Shown: one piece after another, positions 9,689 through 18,306 of the stretch | Layout of the letters: each line of letters starts with the position of its first letter | Position numbering within the stretch: position 1 is the first letter of the stretch | NCBI GenBank assembly: GCA_964361785.1 | Contig: CAYIBX010000003.1 | Span: 4,769 to 68,768, forward strand | Origin: an uncultured Gammaproteobacteria bacterium | GTDB lineage: Bacteria > Patescibacteriota > Microgenomatia > UBA10105 > UBA927 | Length of the DNA: 64,000 bases | Direction of reading: 5' to 3' | The notes under the pieces: generated by a model | What the model was told of the DNA's origin: nothing | The model's input: the letters and a program-made list of their open reading frames with translations, nothing else | The model's database searches: none | Program-made: the position numbers and the translations under genes

Positions 9689-10357
9689 TTAAGGCTGTAT
9701 GCTTTTGAGCATTTGTTCCGCTTGCACATGAAAGTATCGAACGATATCATCTGATTTAATTGATCCGATAATTTTCGGCCACGTGATAATAGTACTCGCG
9801 TTCGATAAACTATAGGAAAACATAAAAGGTTCAAGTCCCATATCCTTCTTTTTTGCGCGTTCAAAAAGTGCATCAAATGTCCATGAACTATTGTGAAGTA
9901 TGAAGTAAAGATCTATAAAATCCTTAGGTTCGAGTCTTCCAAAAATTGCATTAATTTTATTAGCACCAATATTCTCTAAGTTATCTACGCGTATACCATC
10001 AACAATGGCAATCTCGCCAAAATGAACCGGCTGTTCTCGAACAATATCAATTCGTTGACTCACTCCATCAGGAAAATCCAAGTATATTTCCTTGTATGTT
10101 TGTGTAGAAATTTTTTCAGCGTACGATGCGTCATTATTTAATGCAATTGATTGTATGAATTCTCGTATACGATCCATATCAAAAAATTCTGAAGAAAAAA
10201 AATCAAAATCCTTACTCTGCCTGTGCCCAAAGTAAAACGCTGAAAGGGCAGTCCCTCCCGTTAAAAAAAATGATTGGGTAAGAGGTGAAGAAAAAAACTC
10301 TGCAAGTATCTTTTTTTGAACATCAGTAAGTAGTCGAGCTGTGGAAAGATTATACAT
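9689..10357 (-). CDS. AbiEii/AbiGii-family nucleotidyltransferase toxin (DUF1814)
   Basis: 'FFLTGGTALSAFYF...KDFDFF' is the nucleotidyltransferase motif of AbiEii. The start ('MYNLST') overlaps the stop of the upstream ORF in the arrangement ATGTATAA. Confidence 0.7.
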   Translation of the reverse strand: MYNLSTARLLTDVQKKILAEFFSSPLTQSFFLTGGTALSAFYFGHRQSKDFDFFSSEFFDMDRIREFIQSIALNNDASYAEKISTQTYKEIYLDFPDGVSQRIDIVREQPVHFGEIAIVDGIRVDNLENIGANKINAIFGRLEPKDFIDLYFILHNSSWTFDALFERAKKKDMGLEPFMFSYSLSNASTIITWPKIIGSIKSDDIVRYFHVQAEQMLKSIQP

Positions 10358-10637
10358 AGTACCCCCACGTAGTAAGAGCAAATTTCCATGCCCCAATCAT
10401 TTCTTTTCGCATTCGAAGTTTTGAAAATTCCGATACGATGTCCGCAACCGTAAGATATTTCCATACATCATCATATCTGACATGTGATAATATACGAGCC
10501 ATCATCCATTGCCGTTCGACTGGATTATCCCCCGCCAAAATACGCCGAACATCATCTTCCGTCAGGTCATAATCCCAGAGAAAATACGGACGTTTCAAGG
10601 CTACCTGTGTCATAAATATATTGTACCACGGAAACAT
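10350..10637 (-). CDS. hypothetical small protein, putative cognate partner or antitoxin of the AbiEii toxin
   Basis: 95-aa ORF translationally coupled to the AbiEii gene by an 8-nt overlap. Confidence 0.45.
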   Translation of the reverse strand: MFPWYNIFMTQVALKRPYFLWDYDLTEDDVRRILAGDNPVERQWMMARILSHVRYDDVWKYLTVADIVSEFSKLRMRKEMIGAWKFALTTWGYYV

Positions 10638-11486
10638 TCACTTATTTAAAGACGGAGGCGGAGATTCTTGTCTTTTGCTTTCAATCACGGATACTGCGAT
10701 ATCCTTTACTTGCCGCGTCGCTTCATCAAGCTGCTTTTTAAGCTGTATGATTTCACTCGCCTGCGACTTATTCATCACTTCAAACGATTCTATCTTTAAC
10801 TCCGCTAAACGTATATCATTTTCTGCTTGCTGTTTAACTTGAGAAAGAACTACATCAAAATCTTTTTTTGCTTCTGCAAGCGCCTTACTCACAGCCTCTT
10901 TCACCGCCTTCTCTATGTCTGTCGGTGACGCCGCTACCTTTTTGCGAAGATCAGATAGTTCCGTATGCAGCTTCTCTTGCATTCCCCGCTCATCTTCTTT
11001 AATGTCAGTATCTCGTTTTTTTTGCAATTGTTTCTCATATCGATATTCTTCCTCTTCCCGACTCCTTATGCGCGTAATTTCCTCCGCATGCTCTTTTTCT
11101 TCTTCTGCCCACGTTTTTTCTTTTACTTTCTGCGTTTCAAGTAAACGATACAGCAATCCGGCGGTCACTTTAATCTTCTGAGTTTCTTCAAGTTCCCTTT
11201 TCGCAATAACGATTGCTTTCTGAATAGTTGCAAGTGTTTCTGCTTCCTGTGTGAGTCGATCAGTGAGTTCGTTAGCTGATTGTGTAAATGAGGATTTAAG
11301 TTTAGAAAGTTCAGAAGAAATTTTCTCTACGGTTTGTGAAGACGCAGCGGTTACCACAGCTTTTTCTTCTTGATATTCCAAAGAAGGCGTCACACCAGAA
11401 GATGCCTCCGCCAAAAGATCCTGATACGCTGCAAAAATTTCATTTTTTGTATTCTTTTCACTCACTGATTTCGTACTTCGTGGCAT
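10638..11486 (-). CDS. coiled-coil protein (E/K-rich), function unknown
   Basis: 282-aa ORF rich in E/K/Q heptad-like sequence. Confidence 0.5.
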   Translation of the reverse strand: MPRSTKSVSEKNTKNEIFAAYQDLLAEASSGVTPSLEYQEEKAVVTAASSQTVEKISSELSKLKSSFTQSANELTDRLTQEAETLATIQKAIVIAKRELEETQKIKVTAGLLYRLLETQKVKEKTWAEEEKEHAEEITRIRSREEEEYRYEKQLQKKRDTDIKEDERGMQEKLHTELSDLRKKVAASPTDIEKAVKEAVSKALAEAKKDFDVVLSQVKQQAENDIRLAELKIESFEVMNKSQASEIIQLKKQLDEATRQVKDIAVSVIESKRQESPPPSLNK

Positions 11487-11609
11487 AGTGAGGGTATTGT
11501 AGTGGGATAAATAGAAAAATGCAAATTATCTATGGCTCGTTATTTATGTACTCCAGCTTTCTTTGCGAGTAGATCATACCTCTCTCTCTCTGGAAATCAA
11601 GGACCGGAT

Positions 11610-11645
11610 TGACAAACTCATATTCTCGTTATAATATTGTTATAA
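11610..11645 (+). promoter_or_regulatory. sigma70-like promoter (TTGACA ... TATAAT) for the antitoxin/Doc operon
   Basis: A TTGACA box at 11610 is followed 15-17 nt later by TATAATATT. An AAAGGAG ribosome-binding site lies 7 nt before the ATG. Confidence 0.5.
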
Positions 11646-11660
11646 CAAAAAGGAGTAAAT

Positions 11661-11900
11661 ATGTTACAAACAATTATTAAAGTTGGAAATTCCGCAGCAG
11701 TGTTAATACCAAAATCCGTTTTATTAACAGAAGGCCTTAAAATTGGTTCCACAGTTAACTTCACCGTTGAATCACCAAAAAAAACGGCAAAAACAATCGT
11801 TGATAAAGAAGTCTATGCAGTAGCAACCGACCTTCTCAACCGGTATCTTCCTGCATTCAAGAAGCTCGCTAAACCACATGATCAAATATCTCTCAACTGA
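11661..11900 (+). CDS. AbrB/MazE-fold antitoxin
   Basis: 'IKVGNSAAVLIPKSV' is the SpoVT/AbrB swapped-hairpin signature. The gene overlaps the downstream Doc gene. Confidence 0.75.
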   Translation: MLQTIIKVGNSAAVLIPKSVLLTEGLKIGSTVNFTVESPKKTAKTIVDKEVYAVATDLLNRYLPAFKKLAKPHDQISLN

Positions 11901-12264
11901 AGATGTTCTTCTTCTTCACCATCTCTTGATAGAAAAAAGTGGTGGATCACACGGCCTTCGTGATGCAGGACTTCTGGATGCTGCGATTCACCGACCACAA
12001 GCTACCTTTGCTAGTCAAGATTTATACCCTACGCTTTTTGATAAAGTTGGTGCACTATGTCATTCGCTTATCAAAAATCATGCGTTTGTCGATGGAAACA
12101 AGCGCACATCACTCCTTTCTGCGATGACGATGCTCGAACTCAATGGTTATATATTTAAAAGCGAGCAAAAAGAACTTGTTTTATTTGGACTCAAAATTGA
12201 CAACGATCGTTTATCGGCCGAAACTATCGCTATATGGTTCAAAAACCATTGCACAAAAATATAA
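11878..12264 (+). CDS. doc: Doc/Fic-family toxin
   Basis: Contains the Fic/Doc motif 'HAFVDGNKRTS' (HxFx(D/N)GNKR). Confidence 0.85.
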   Translation: MIKYLSTEDVLLLHHLLIEKSGGSHGLRDAGLLDAAIHRPQATFASQDLYPTLFDKVGALCHSLIKNHAFVDGNKRTSLLSAMTMLELNGYIFKSEQKELVLFGLKIDNDRLSAETIAIWFKNHCTKI

Positions 12265-12288
12265 TCACAATTTCGTTATACTATACAC

Positions 12289-12576
12289 ATGAGCCTCAAC
12301 AAACTTTTCATCTACTCTCGTAAGCTTCACCGCTGGAGTCTTCTCTTTGTCGTGGTATTGGGGCTTATCCAAATGACTACTGGGTTGCCCATGAGATACC
12401 CAATATTCTTTTCGTTCTTAGATCGGGGAAGTGTTCGCCTCCTCCATTTTCAAACTGCTACCTATTTTTCCATTGCCTTTGGCATCCAAATGCTTACTGG
12501 CATCATCATGTACCTTACTCCATGGATGCTAAAGACATTTCATAAACCTCAAAATCCAACAAGCCTTCCAAATTAA
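12289..12576 (+). CDS. hypothetical membrane protein
   Basis: 95-aa ORF with two or three hydrophobic segments. Confidence 0.4.
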   Translation: MSLNKLFIYSRKLHRWSLLFVVVLGLIQMTTGLPMRYPIFFSFLDRGSVRLLHFQTATYFSIAFGIQMLTGIIMYLTPWMLKTFHKPQNPTSLPN

Positions 12577-12627
12577 CTTTGCTTAGCTTCATCAAAACTG
12601 ATATACTACACAAGTACTTTTACGTAT
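12577..12627 (+). promoter_or_regulatory. sigma70-like promoter upstream of the intron-containing tRNA
   Basis: TTGCTT is followed 17 nt later by TATACT, about 8 nt before the predicted tRNA 5' end. Confidence 0.45.
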
Positions 12628-12909
12628 CGCGGGGTAGTGTAAAGTTGCACAGGAGGCTCAAATTGGGCCCACCAAGAAGCAATTCTTTGTGAGAATTTGG
12701 CTATATCGGTGGAATCCCGCTTCGCGGGACAATACCGAGGGAAGGCCGCCAATCATTATTGTGTTTTTAATGAAGGCGTGCCCCCGTAGAGACTACACGC
12801 CGAACTCCTACCAATGTGGCAGGATGATGATATAGTCCGACACTCTCAAGTAATTGGAGATAACAGATTGCATAATCTCCTAGGCTAGGTGCGATTCCTA
12901 GCCCCGCAA
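12628..12909 (+). tRNA. initiator-type tRNA-Met (anticodon CAU) interrupted by a group I intron
   Basis: The exons (12628-12658 and 12871-12909) join to give CGCGGGG-TA-GTGT-AAAGTT-GCAC-A-GGAGG-CT|CATAA-TCTCC-TAGG-CTAGG-TGCGATT-CCTAG-CCCCGCA-A. The anticodon loop is CUCAUAA and the T-arm is present. The acceptor stem carries a C1·A72 mismatch, a hallmark of bacterial initiator tRNA, and closely resembles E. coli tRNA-fMet (CGCGGGG...CCCCGCAACCA). The D-loop lacks GG, which is atypical. Confidence 0.75.
12659..12870 (+). ncRNA. group I intron (212 nt) in the anticodon loop of tRNA-Met(CAU)
   Basis: The R element 'GUAGAGACUACACG' and the S element 'GAUAUAGUCCGAC' match the Tetrahymena consensus ('GAGACUAAAUG' and 'AAGAUAUAGUCGG') and pair as P7 (GACUA/UAGUC). 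The 5' exon ends in U, which pairs with an IGS GGCC at 12666-12669. The intron ends with G. Confidence 0.75.
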
Positions 12910-12915
12910 CAAAAT

Positions 12916-12948
12916 TAAAAAAGATCCTCACATGAGGATCTTTTTTGG
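12916..12948. terminator. bidirectional rho-independent terminator
   Basis: AAAAAA-GATCCTC-ACAT-GAGGATC-TTTTTT is a perfect 7-bp stem flanked by an A-run and a T-run. Confidence 0.7.
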
Positions 12949-12980
12949 TATCGAAACAAATAATGCTACACTAATTTTGT

Positions 12981-13553
12981 ATGGCAGCTCCTCGATCGAA
13001 AATTAAGTCTTCCAAATATGCTATTTGGCTTCTTTCATTTCTTGTAGTAAACATCCTCGCTTTAGACGTAGTTATTCTGGGAAAACTCCTCCAGAATGGT
13101 ACAGTGCTTGGGACGACCACAAATGATACATGTCCCATCGCCTGTATCAATCGGATAAATCAAGCGACGGGAAAAACAGTGACCAATAGCGCCAAAGAGT
13201 ATTATGTACCACTGGGTACTGGCACAAACGTAACTGATGACTGGACTGATGTTTCAGGGGCTAGCGCGTACATTGATACGAGTGCGTACAACAAAATTAA
13301 AGAAGTACGATTTGAAGCAACAGTCGTTACACCTGCAGGGAGTCAACGCATATGGGTGCGTCTGTATAATGCCACAGACAAGCATCCCGTATGGTATTCA
13401 GACGTCACCACCGACGCATCCGGTCCACAACTGCTTACCTCACCGAATATTACTCTTGACAAAGGAAACAAGCTCTACCAAGTACAAATGAAGTCACAAC
13501 TTAAAGTCCTCACCAACCTCAATCAATCTCGCATTCACATAACCACACAGTAA
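12981..13553 (+). CDS. hypothetical membrane-anchored or secreted protein
   Basis: 190-aa ORF with an N-terminal transmembrane or signal segment ('IWLLSFLVVNILALDVVIL'). Confidence 0.5.
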   Translation: MAAPRSKIKSSKYAIWLLSFLVVNILALDVVILGKLLQNGTVLGTTTNDTCPIACINRINQATGKTVTNSAKEYYVPLGTGTNVTDDWTDVSGASAYIDTSAYNKIKEVRFEATVVTPAGSQRIWVRLYNATDKHPVWYSDVTTDASGPQLLTSPNITLDKGNKLYQVQMKSQLKVLTNLNQSRIHITTQ

Positions 13554-13699
13554 ACGCCATTGCCATTAAGGCCCATTTTTCGTAAAATGAAGCCAAAGCC
13601 AGTGTAGCCCTGCCCGCAGTCGCTAAAGCGACAGCTTTTGCAGGCGGGTCAGTGGTAGTCGCCTCGTCGGCGACCCGCCGAAGAGGCGGGAGCAAATTT

Positions 13700-13771
13700 G
13701 TCAGGGTAGCTCAGTGGTAGAGCACCAGTATCATAAACTGGTCGTCGAGAGTTCGATCCTCTCTCCTGACA
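13700..13771 (+). tRNA. tRNA-Met (anticodon CAU), elongator type (or tRNA-Ile2 if modified to lysidine)
   Basis: GTCAGGG-TA-GCTC-AGTGGTA-GAGC-A-CCAGT-ATCATAA-ACTGG-TCGTC-GAGAG-TTCGATC-CTCTC-TCCTGAC-A. Positions 1 and 72 are paired and the D-loop has GG. Confidence 0.85.
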
Positions 13772-13775
13772 CACA

Positions 13776-14114
13776 CTAAAAAAACAACCCCCACCACTGT
13801 TGCCAATGTGTGCGCTCTTCACGTTCTTCTTTTTTACTTCCTCCCTTTGCTTCATCTGGAAGTAAGACTATTGATTCACCGTCCTTCACCATCCCTAGTT
13901 TATCTCTAGCTATTTTTTCCACGTATGCATTGCTCTGTATCGACTCAAGCTGTTTTTGTAGGGTCTCATTTTCCTTTTTCACTTTTTCAACCGCTTCCTT
14001 TCGTTCAGTCACGGTGTATTTACGCGCACGAAGATCGATGATTGTGGCCACCGCCCGCACGCTCAATATAATACTAAGAAGTATGACTATGCCTCCAATC
14101 CAAGGATTTTTCAT
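13776..14114 (-). CDS. ftsB: FtsB/DivIC-like septum formation initiator
   Basis: An N-terminal transmembrane helix is followed by a coiled coil and 'EKIARDKLGMVKDGE', the conserved FtsB/DivIC motif. Confidence 0.65.
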   Translation of the reverse strand: MKNPWIGGIVILLSIILSVRAVATIIDLRARKYTVTERKEAVEKVKKENETLQKQLESIQSNAYVEKIARDKLGMVKDGESIVLLPDEAKGGSKKEEREERTHWQQWWGLFF

Positions 14115-14190
14115 CGTACACCCCTCTCTTGCACAAGAGTCTCAATAATGATATTATAGGCTTCTGGTTCGAGCCCTAAGCTCTTGTCGC

Positions 14191-15084
14191 TTGCTTGTAA
14201 CCTCAAATAGTATGACTAATGATTTCAAAGGAGCACATACACAATTTATCGAACATCTTCAGAGTCGCAGACGCGCTCATGCTACTATCGTAGCATATAG
14301 TAAAGACATCGAGCAGTTGGTGAGCTTTCTTTCTGACACTGGCAAAAAAGATGTAGCCGCAATATCACGTGAAGAACTCGAGGCGTTTTTAAAAAAACTA
14401 GCAGCCGATAATTATACCCCAAAGTCCATCTCACGAAAAATTAACTCCATGAAGACCTTCTACCGATTCTTAAAAACGACAGGGGTCGTCGCTGTCGATC
14501 CCGCAGGAGACATAGAACATCCCAAATACGAAGTGAAGCCTCCACGAATTCTTTCTAAGCTTGAGTATCGCGCACTTCGTGATTCTTGTCGCGGAGATGT
14601 GCGCACCTATGCAATTGTTGAGTTATTTTTGCAAACGGGTATCCGCATCGGAGAGCTAGCAAACCTCATGTTACAAGACGTAAAAGATGTTGACCTTCAT
14701 ATTGCCCCAGAAGAGGGCCATGAAGAGCGCACGGTGCCACTAAACAAAGCAGCCAAAGAAGCGGTCAACAGTTGGCTTCTTGCCAGAGGCAATCCGCCAG
14801 CTGGCGCGAGTAAATCAACCGCTCTTTTTATCACCAAAACAGGTCGTCCACTTCTTATCCGAAATATTCGCACGGCCATTGACCGATTCTTTAAAATTGC
14901 AGGCATTGAAGATGCCAAAGTAAATGACCTTCGCCATACGTTTATTGCTCACCACCTTATGTCAGGAACACCAATCACTACCATTAGTAAGTTGGTCGGA
15001 CACAAACGTCTCTCAACCACAGAAAAGTACCTTGAATTTATTAAAGACAAGCACATCGAACACGTAAAATTAGAAGAACTTTAA
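14191..15084 (+). CDS. xerD: tyrosine recombinase XerD/XerC-like
   Basis: Phage-integrase fold with 'GIRIGELANL', 'LRHTFIAHHL' and 'VGHKRLSTTEKY' (the R..HxxR..Y catalytic pattern). Confidence 0.8.
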   Translation: MLVTSNSMTNDFKGAHTQFIEHLQSRRRAHATIVAYSKDIEQLVSFLSDTGKKDVAAISREELEAFLKKLAADNYTPKSISRKINSMKTFYRFLKTTGVVAVDPAGDIEHPKYEVKPPRILSKLEYRALRDSCRGDVRTYAIVELFLQTGIRIGELANLMLQDVKDVDLHIAPEEGHEERTVPLNKAAKEAVNSWLLARGNPPAGASKSTALFITKTGRPLLIRNIRTAIDRFFKIAGIEDAKVNDLRHTFIAHHLMSGTPITTISKLVGHKRLSTTEKYLEFIKDKHIEHVKLEEL

Positions 15085-15188
15085 GTATGTCTTTGTTTAA
15101 TGATGGTGAACCCATTGCTCACGAAGTGACGGAAAAAAACGGAATTCAATAATTTGCTCAATTTACAATCTTCTCTTACAATAGCTTC

Positions 15189-17444
15189 ATGGACAAAAAT
15201 TATCAGCCCAAAGACGTAGAAGAACCCATATACAACATGTGGGAATCGGGGGGATACTTCAAGCCCACGGGTGATCCGAAGGCCAAACCATTTAGCATCC
15301 TTCTCCCTCCCCCAAACGCAAATGCAGATTTACACGTAGGACACGCGATGTATGTGATTGAAGACATCATGATTCGCTATCACCGCATGCTAGGTGATGC
15401 GTCGTTGTGGTTAGCTGGAGCTGATCATGCAGGATTTGAGACGCAATTTGTGTATGAAAAGCATTTAGCTAAAAAAGGTATGAGTCGTTTTGATTTTGAT
15501 CGCGAAACGCTTTATAAAGATATATGGAGTTTTGTCCATGAAAATCGCGGCAAGATGGAAAACCAATTACGAAGACTTGGCTTTTCTCTTGATTGGTCAA
15601 GAAACATTTTTACCCTAGACCCAAAGATTGTAAAGACAGTCTACAACTCCTTTAAGCGTCTCTTTGATGAAGGGCTAGTATACAGAACCAACAGACTCGT
15701 CAATTACTGCACCAAAGACGGCACGGGATTTTCAGACTTAGAAGTATTGTACGTCGAACGAAACGATCCGATGTATTATTTAACATACGGTCCGTTTACA
15801 ATAGCTACTGCGCGACCGGAAACGAAATTTCGAGACACGGCATTGGCCGTAAACCCCAAAGATAAACGCTATAAAAAATATATTGGTCAAACTCTAGAAA
15901 TCATGGGGTTATTGGGCCCGATAAAAATGACGGTCATCCCCGATCCGGATGTAAATCCTACATTTGGCACGGGCATTATGAAAGTCACTCCAGCTCACGA
16001 TCCACATGACTTTGCGTTAGGACAAAAATTTAATCTTCCGATAACACCAATTATTGATTTTCGCGGAAAGATGGATTTTTCGTGGTTTTTATCGCAAAAA
16101 AATATTGATTCGAAATATAAATCACGAGCCGAAACGTATCATGGAAAAAAAGTTGCCATTGCACGACAACTTATGATTGAGGATTTAAAGACTGATGGGC
16201 TCATGGTAAAAATTGATGAACAATACACACACCGCGTCGGTACGTGCTGGAAGTGTGGAACAGTCATTGAACCATTGCCGCTTGAGCAGTGGTATATAAA
16301 AGTAAAACCATTAGCTGAGAAGGCTATAAAAACAATTAAAGAAAAAAAGGTGGCATTCGTTCCTAAACGATTTGAAAAAACTGCCGTCCTGTGGCTTACT
16401 AATTTTCATGACTGGAATATTAGTCGTCAAAATGTCTGGGGGATACGAATACCAGCGTGGCGGTGCCTTGATTGTGCAACAACAAATTTAACCAATCAAA
16501 CCAATCCGACCCGCTTCGCCGTAACTCCAGCGAGGCGAGCCAATAAGTCCAATCATACTGAGTGGACTGTAACAAAAGGAGAGACTCCAAAAACTTGTAC
16601 AACGTGTGGGGGGGCGAAATTAGAACAAGACACAGACACATTTGATACGTGGTTTTCGTCTGGACAGTGGCCATTTGCGACACTTAAAGCTACGAATAAT
16701 CCAGAAGACTATAAAAGGTTCTATCCCACATCTGTCATGGAGACAGGCTATGATATTTTGCCTTGGTGGGTATGCCGCATGCTTATGCTTGGCACATATT
16801 TAACTGATGATGTACCGTTTAAAACGGTATATCTTCACGGGTTAGTTCGCGACGCCAAAGGTCAAAAAATGAGCAAGTCCAAAGGAAATGTTATCAACCC
16901 TCTGCAAATGGTAGACCTCTACGGAGCAGATGCATTGCGAATGGCATTAGTATTTGGCACAGGAGCTGGTAATGATCAAGCACTTTCTGAAGATAAAATC
17001 AGAAGCATGAGAAACTTTGCCAACAAATTATGGAACATTGCAAGATTTATGATAATGAATATTAATGCGGTAAACGTTCCAATCCCTTTTTATGATGAAG
17101 CCGTGCATAAAAATCTTGACGACAAAAATGATAAACGCATCATTACAGAACTCAATATGCTCACCGCGAAAGTGGCCAAACAAATGGAGACCTATCGTTT
17201 CTCTGATGCTTCCAAATCAATCTACGAATTTGCATGGCACAGATTGGCGGATATTCATCTAGAAAAAAATAAAGAGAGATTTAAAAATGGAGACGTGCAA
17301 GCACTCGCAGTCTTACGGCACGTATTTTCAACTATCTTAAAACTCCTTCATCCATTTATGCCGTTTGTCACAGAACATCTTTGGAATGAATTGCCAAAGA
17401 AAACAAATGTGCCGCTGATTATTTCTCCGTGGCCGAAGATGTAG
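15189..17444 (+). CDS. valS: valyl-tRNA synthetase (short form lacking the C-terminal coiled coil)
   Basis: 'ILLPPPNANADLHVGHAMYVIEDIMIRYHRMLGDASLWLAGADHAGFETQ' matches the ValRS N-terminal region. 'KMSKSKGN' is present. Confidence 0.85.
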   Translation: MDKNYQPKDVEEPIYNMWESGGYFKPTGDPKAKPFSILLPPPNANADLHVGHAMYVIEDIMIRYHRMLGDASLWLAGADHAGFETQFVYEKHLAKKGMSRFDFDRETLYKDIWSFVHENRGKMENQLRRLGFSLDWSRNIFTLDPKIVKTVYNSFKRLFDEGLVYRTNRLVNYCTKDGTGFSDLEVLYVERNDPMYYLTYGPFTIATARPETKFRDTALAVNPKDKRYKKYIGQTLEIMGLLGPIKMTVIPDPDVNPTFGTGIMKVTPAHDPHDFALGQKFNLPITPIIDFRGKMDFSWFLSQKNIDSKYKSRAETYHGKKVAIARQLMIEDLKTDGLMVKIDEQYTHRVGTCWKCGTVIEPLPLEQWYIKVKPLAEKAIKTIKEKKVAFVPKRFEKTAVLWLTNFHDWNISRQNVWGIRIPAWRCLDCATTNLTNQTNPTRFAVTPARRANKSNHTEWTVTKGETPKTCTTCGGAKLEQDTDTFDTWFSSGQWPFATLKATNNPEDYKRFYPTSVMETGYDILPWWVCRMLMLGTYLTDDVPFKTVYLHGLVRDAKGQKMSKSKGNVINPLQMVDLYGADALRMALVFGTGAGNDQALSEDKIRSMRNFANKLWNIARFMIMNINAVNVPIPFYDEAVHKNLDDKNDKRIITELNMLTAKVAKQMETYRFSDASKSIYEFAWHRLADIHLEKNKERFKNGDVQALAVLRHVFSTILKLLHPFMPFVTEHLWNELPKKTNVPLIISPWPKM

Positions 17445-18306
17445 CTGGAATTTTTACTGATTCGATAATTTGATCAAAAATCACATCATCTGCCGCAAAA
17501 TCAGTAAGTATCCCCACTGGTGAAAAATGATTAAATTCTACAGACTCTGTATCAGATACTGAAACCAAAACTCCTCGCATTTTTGTGAATTGATATCCGC
17601 CACCGGTTCTTCCAATAAAATCTCCGACATATTCATAGACATCTTTTCCACCAACGCGCACTTGACGCATGGTAAATTCCTTGCCATTTACGTCAGTAAG
17701 AATTGCTCCACGAAAATCAGGTAAGCGTTCACCCCTGCCTCTGGCTGCTACGGTAAATCGTGTGCCGCCTGAAAAATTGGTGCCAGACGAGGGACATCCG
17801 CTTCCATCACAAGTTGGTAATAAAACCACTTGCGGTAATTGATATGTCACGGATTTAAGTATCGAACCGAGCGCTGATACAGAAACTGTTTGCCACTGGG
17901 ATAAAGAACCTGATCCTGTTGCATTCAATGCGCGTTCATCAGGTGTCGGTGTCGCAAAAAGATTTGGCGATGATACATCTGTACTATTTTCCGAGCTTGT
18001 TTCCGGAGAAACAAAAAATCGAAGTTGTGAACTTAACCAAATACCAAGTCCAAAAAGCAGTGTAATAAAAATACAAGTGCCAAGCCTTTTTCGACGGGGT
18101 TTTTTCACTGGCACATGGGGAACATCAAGCAAATGTTGCGCCACTTCTTGAGGAGTTGATTGAGAAACAGCGGCAGTCTTTGTGTCAGGAACTTGTGACG
18201 GTGTAAGCTCAGGTGCTTCTTCAAAGGTAAGACCTGCTTCTTGCGCTTTTTGTGCTGGTGTTTTTTCTTCGTTTATGGTGTCAACCATGACAATTTTATT
18301 GTACAC
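17419..18306 (-). CDS. hypothetical membrane-anchored protein
   Basis: 295-aa ORF with a single transmembrane helix ('LGTCIFITLLFGLGIWL') and an S/T/G-rich extracytoplasmic part. Confidence 0.5.
   Translation of the reverse strand: MYNKIVMVDTINEEKTPAQKAQEAGLTFEEAPELTPSQVPDTKTAAVSQSTPQEVAQHLLDVPHVPVKKPRRKRLGTCIFITLLFGLGIWLSSQLRFFVSPETSSENSTDVSSPNLFATPTPDERALNATGSGSLSQWQTVSVSALGSILKSVTYQLPQVVLLPTCDGSGCPSSGTNFSGGTRFTVAARGRGERLPDFRGAILTDVNGKEFTMRQVRVGGKDVYEYVGDFIGRTGGGYQFTKMRGVLVSVSDTESVEFNHFSPVGILTDFAADDVIFDQIIESVKIPATSSATEK

Noticed and set aside
11575-11595. (CT)6 microsatellite 'CTCTCTCTCTCT' as a possible phase-variation tract
   Set aside because: It lies in an intergenic region upstream of the toxin-antitoxin promoter rather than within a coding region or promoter spacer, and it is too short to call a contingency locus.
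12628-12910. tmRNA (ssrA), suggested by the tRNA-like 5' and 3' ends about 280 nt apart and the strong terminator downstream
   Set aside because: No plausible tag-peptide reading frame ending in a hydrophobic tail was found, and the 5' end lacks the tmRNA 'UUCGACGGG' element. The insert instead carries group I intron R and S (P7) elements in the correct order, and the ends join into a complete tRNA-Met with a CAU anticodon. An intron-containing tRNA explains all the observations.
14191-15084. Integrase marking an integrated mobile element next to tRNA-Met
   Set aside because: The protein has XerC/XerD-type housekeeping recombinase motifs, no attL/attR direct repeats of the tRNA 3' end were seen, and the neighbouring genes (ftsB, valS) are core genes.
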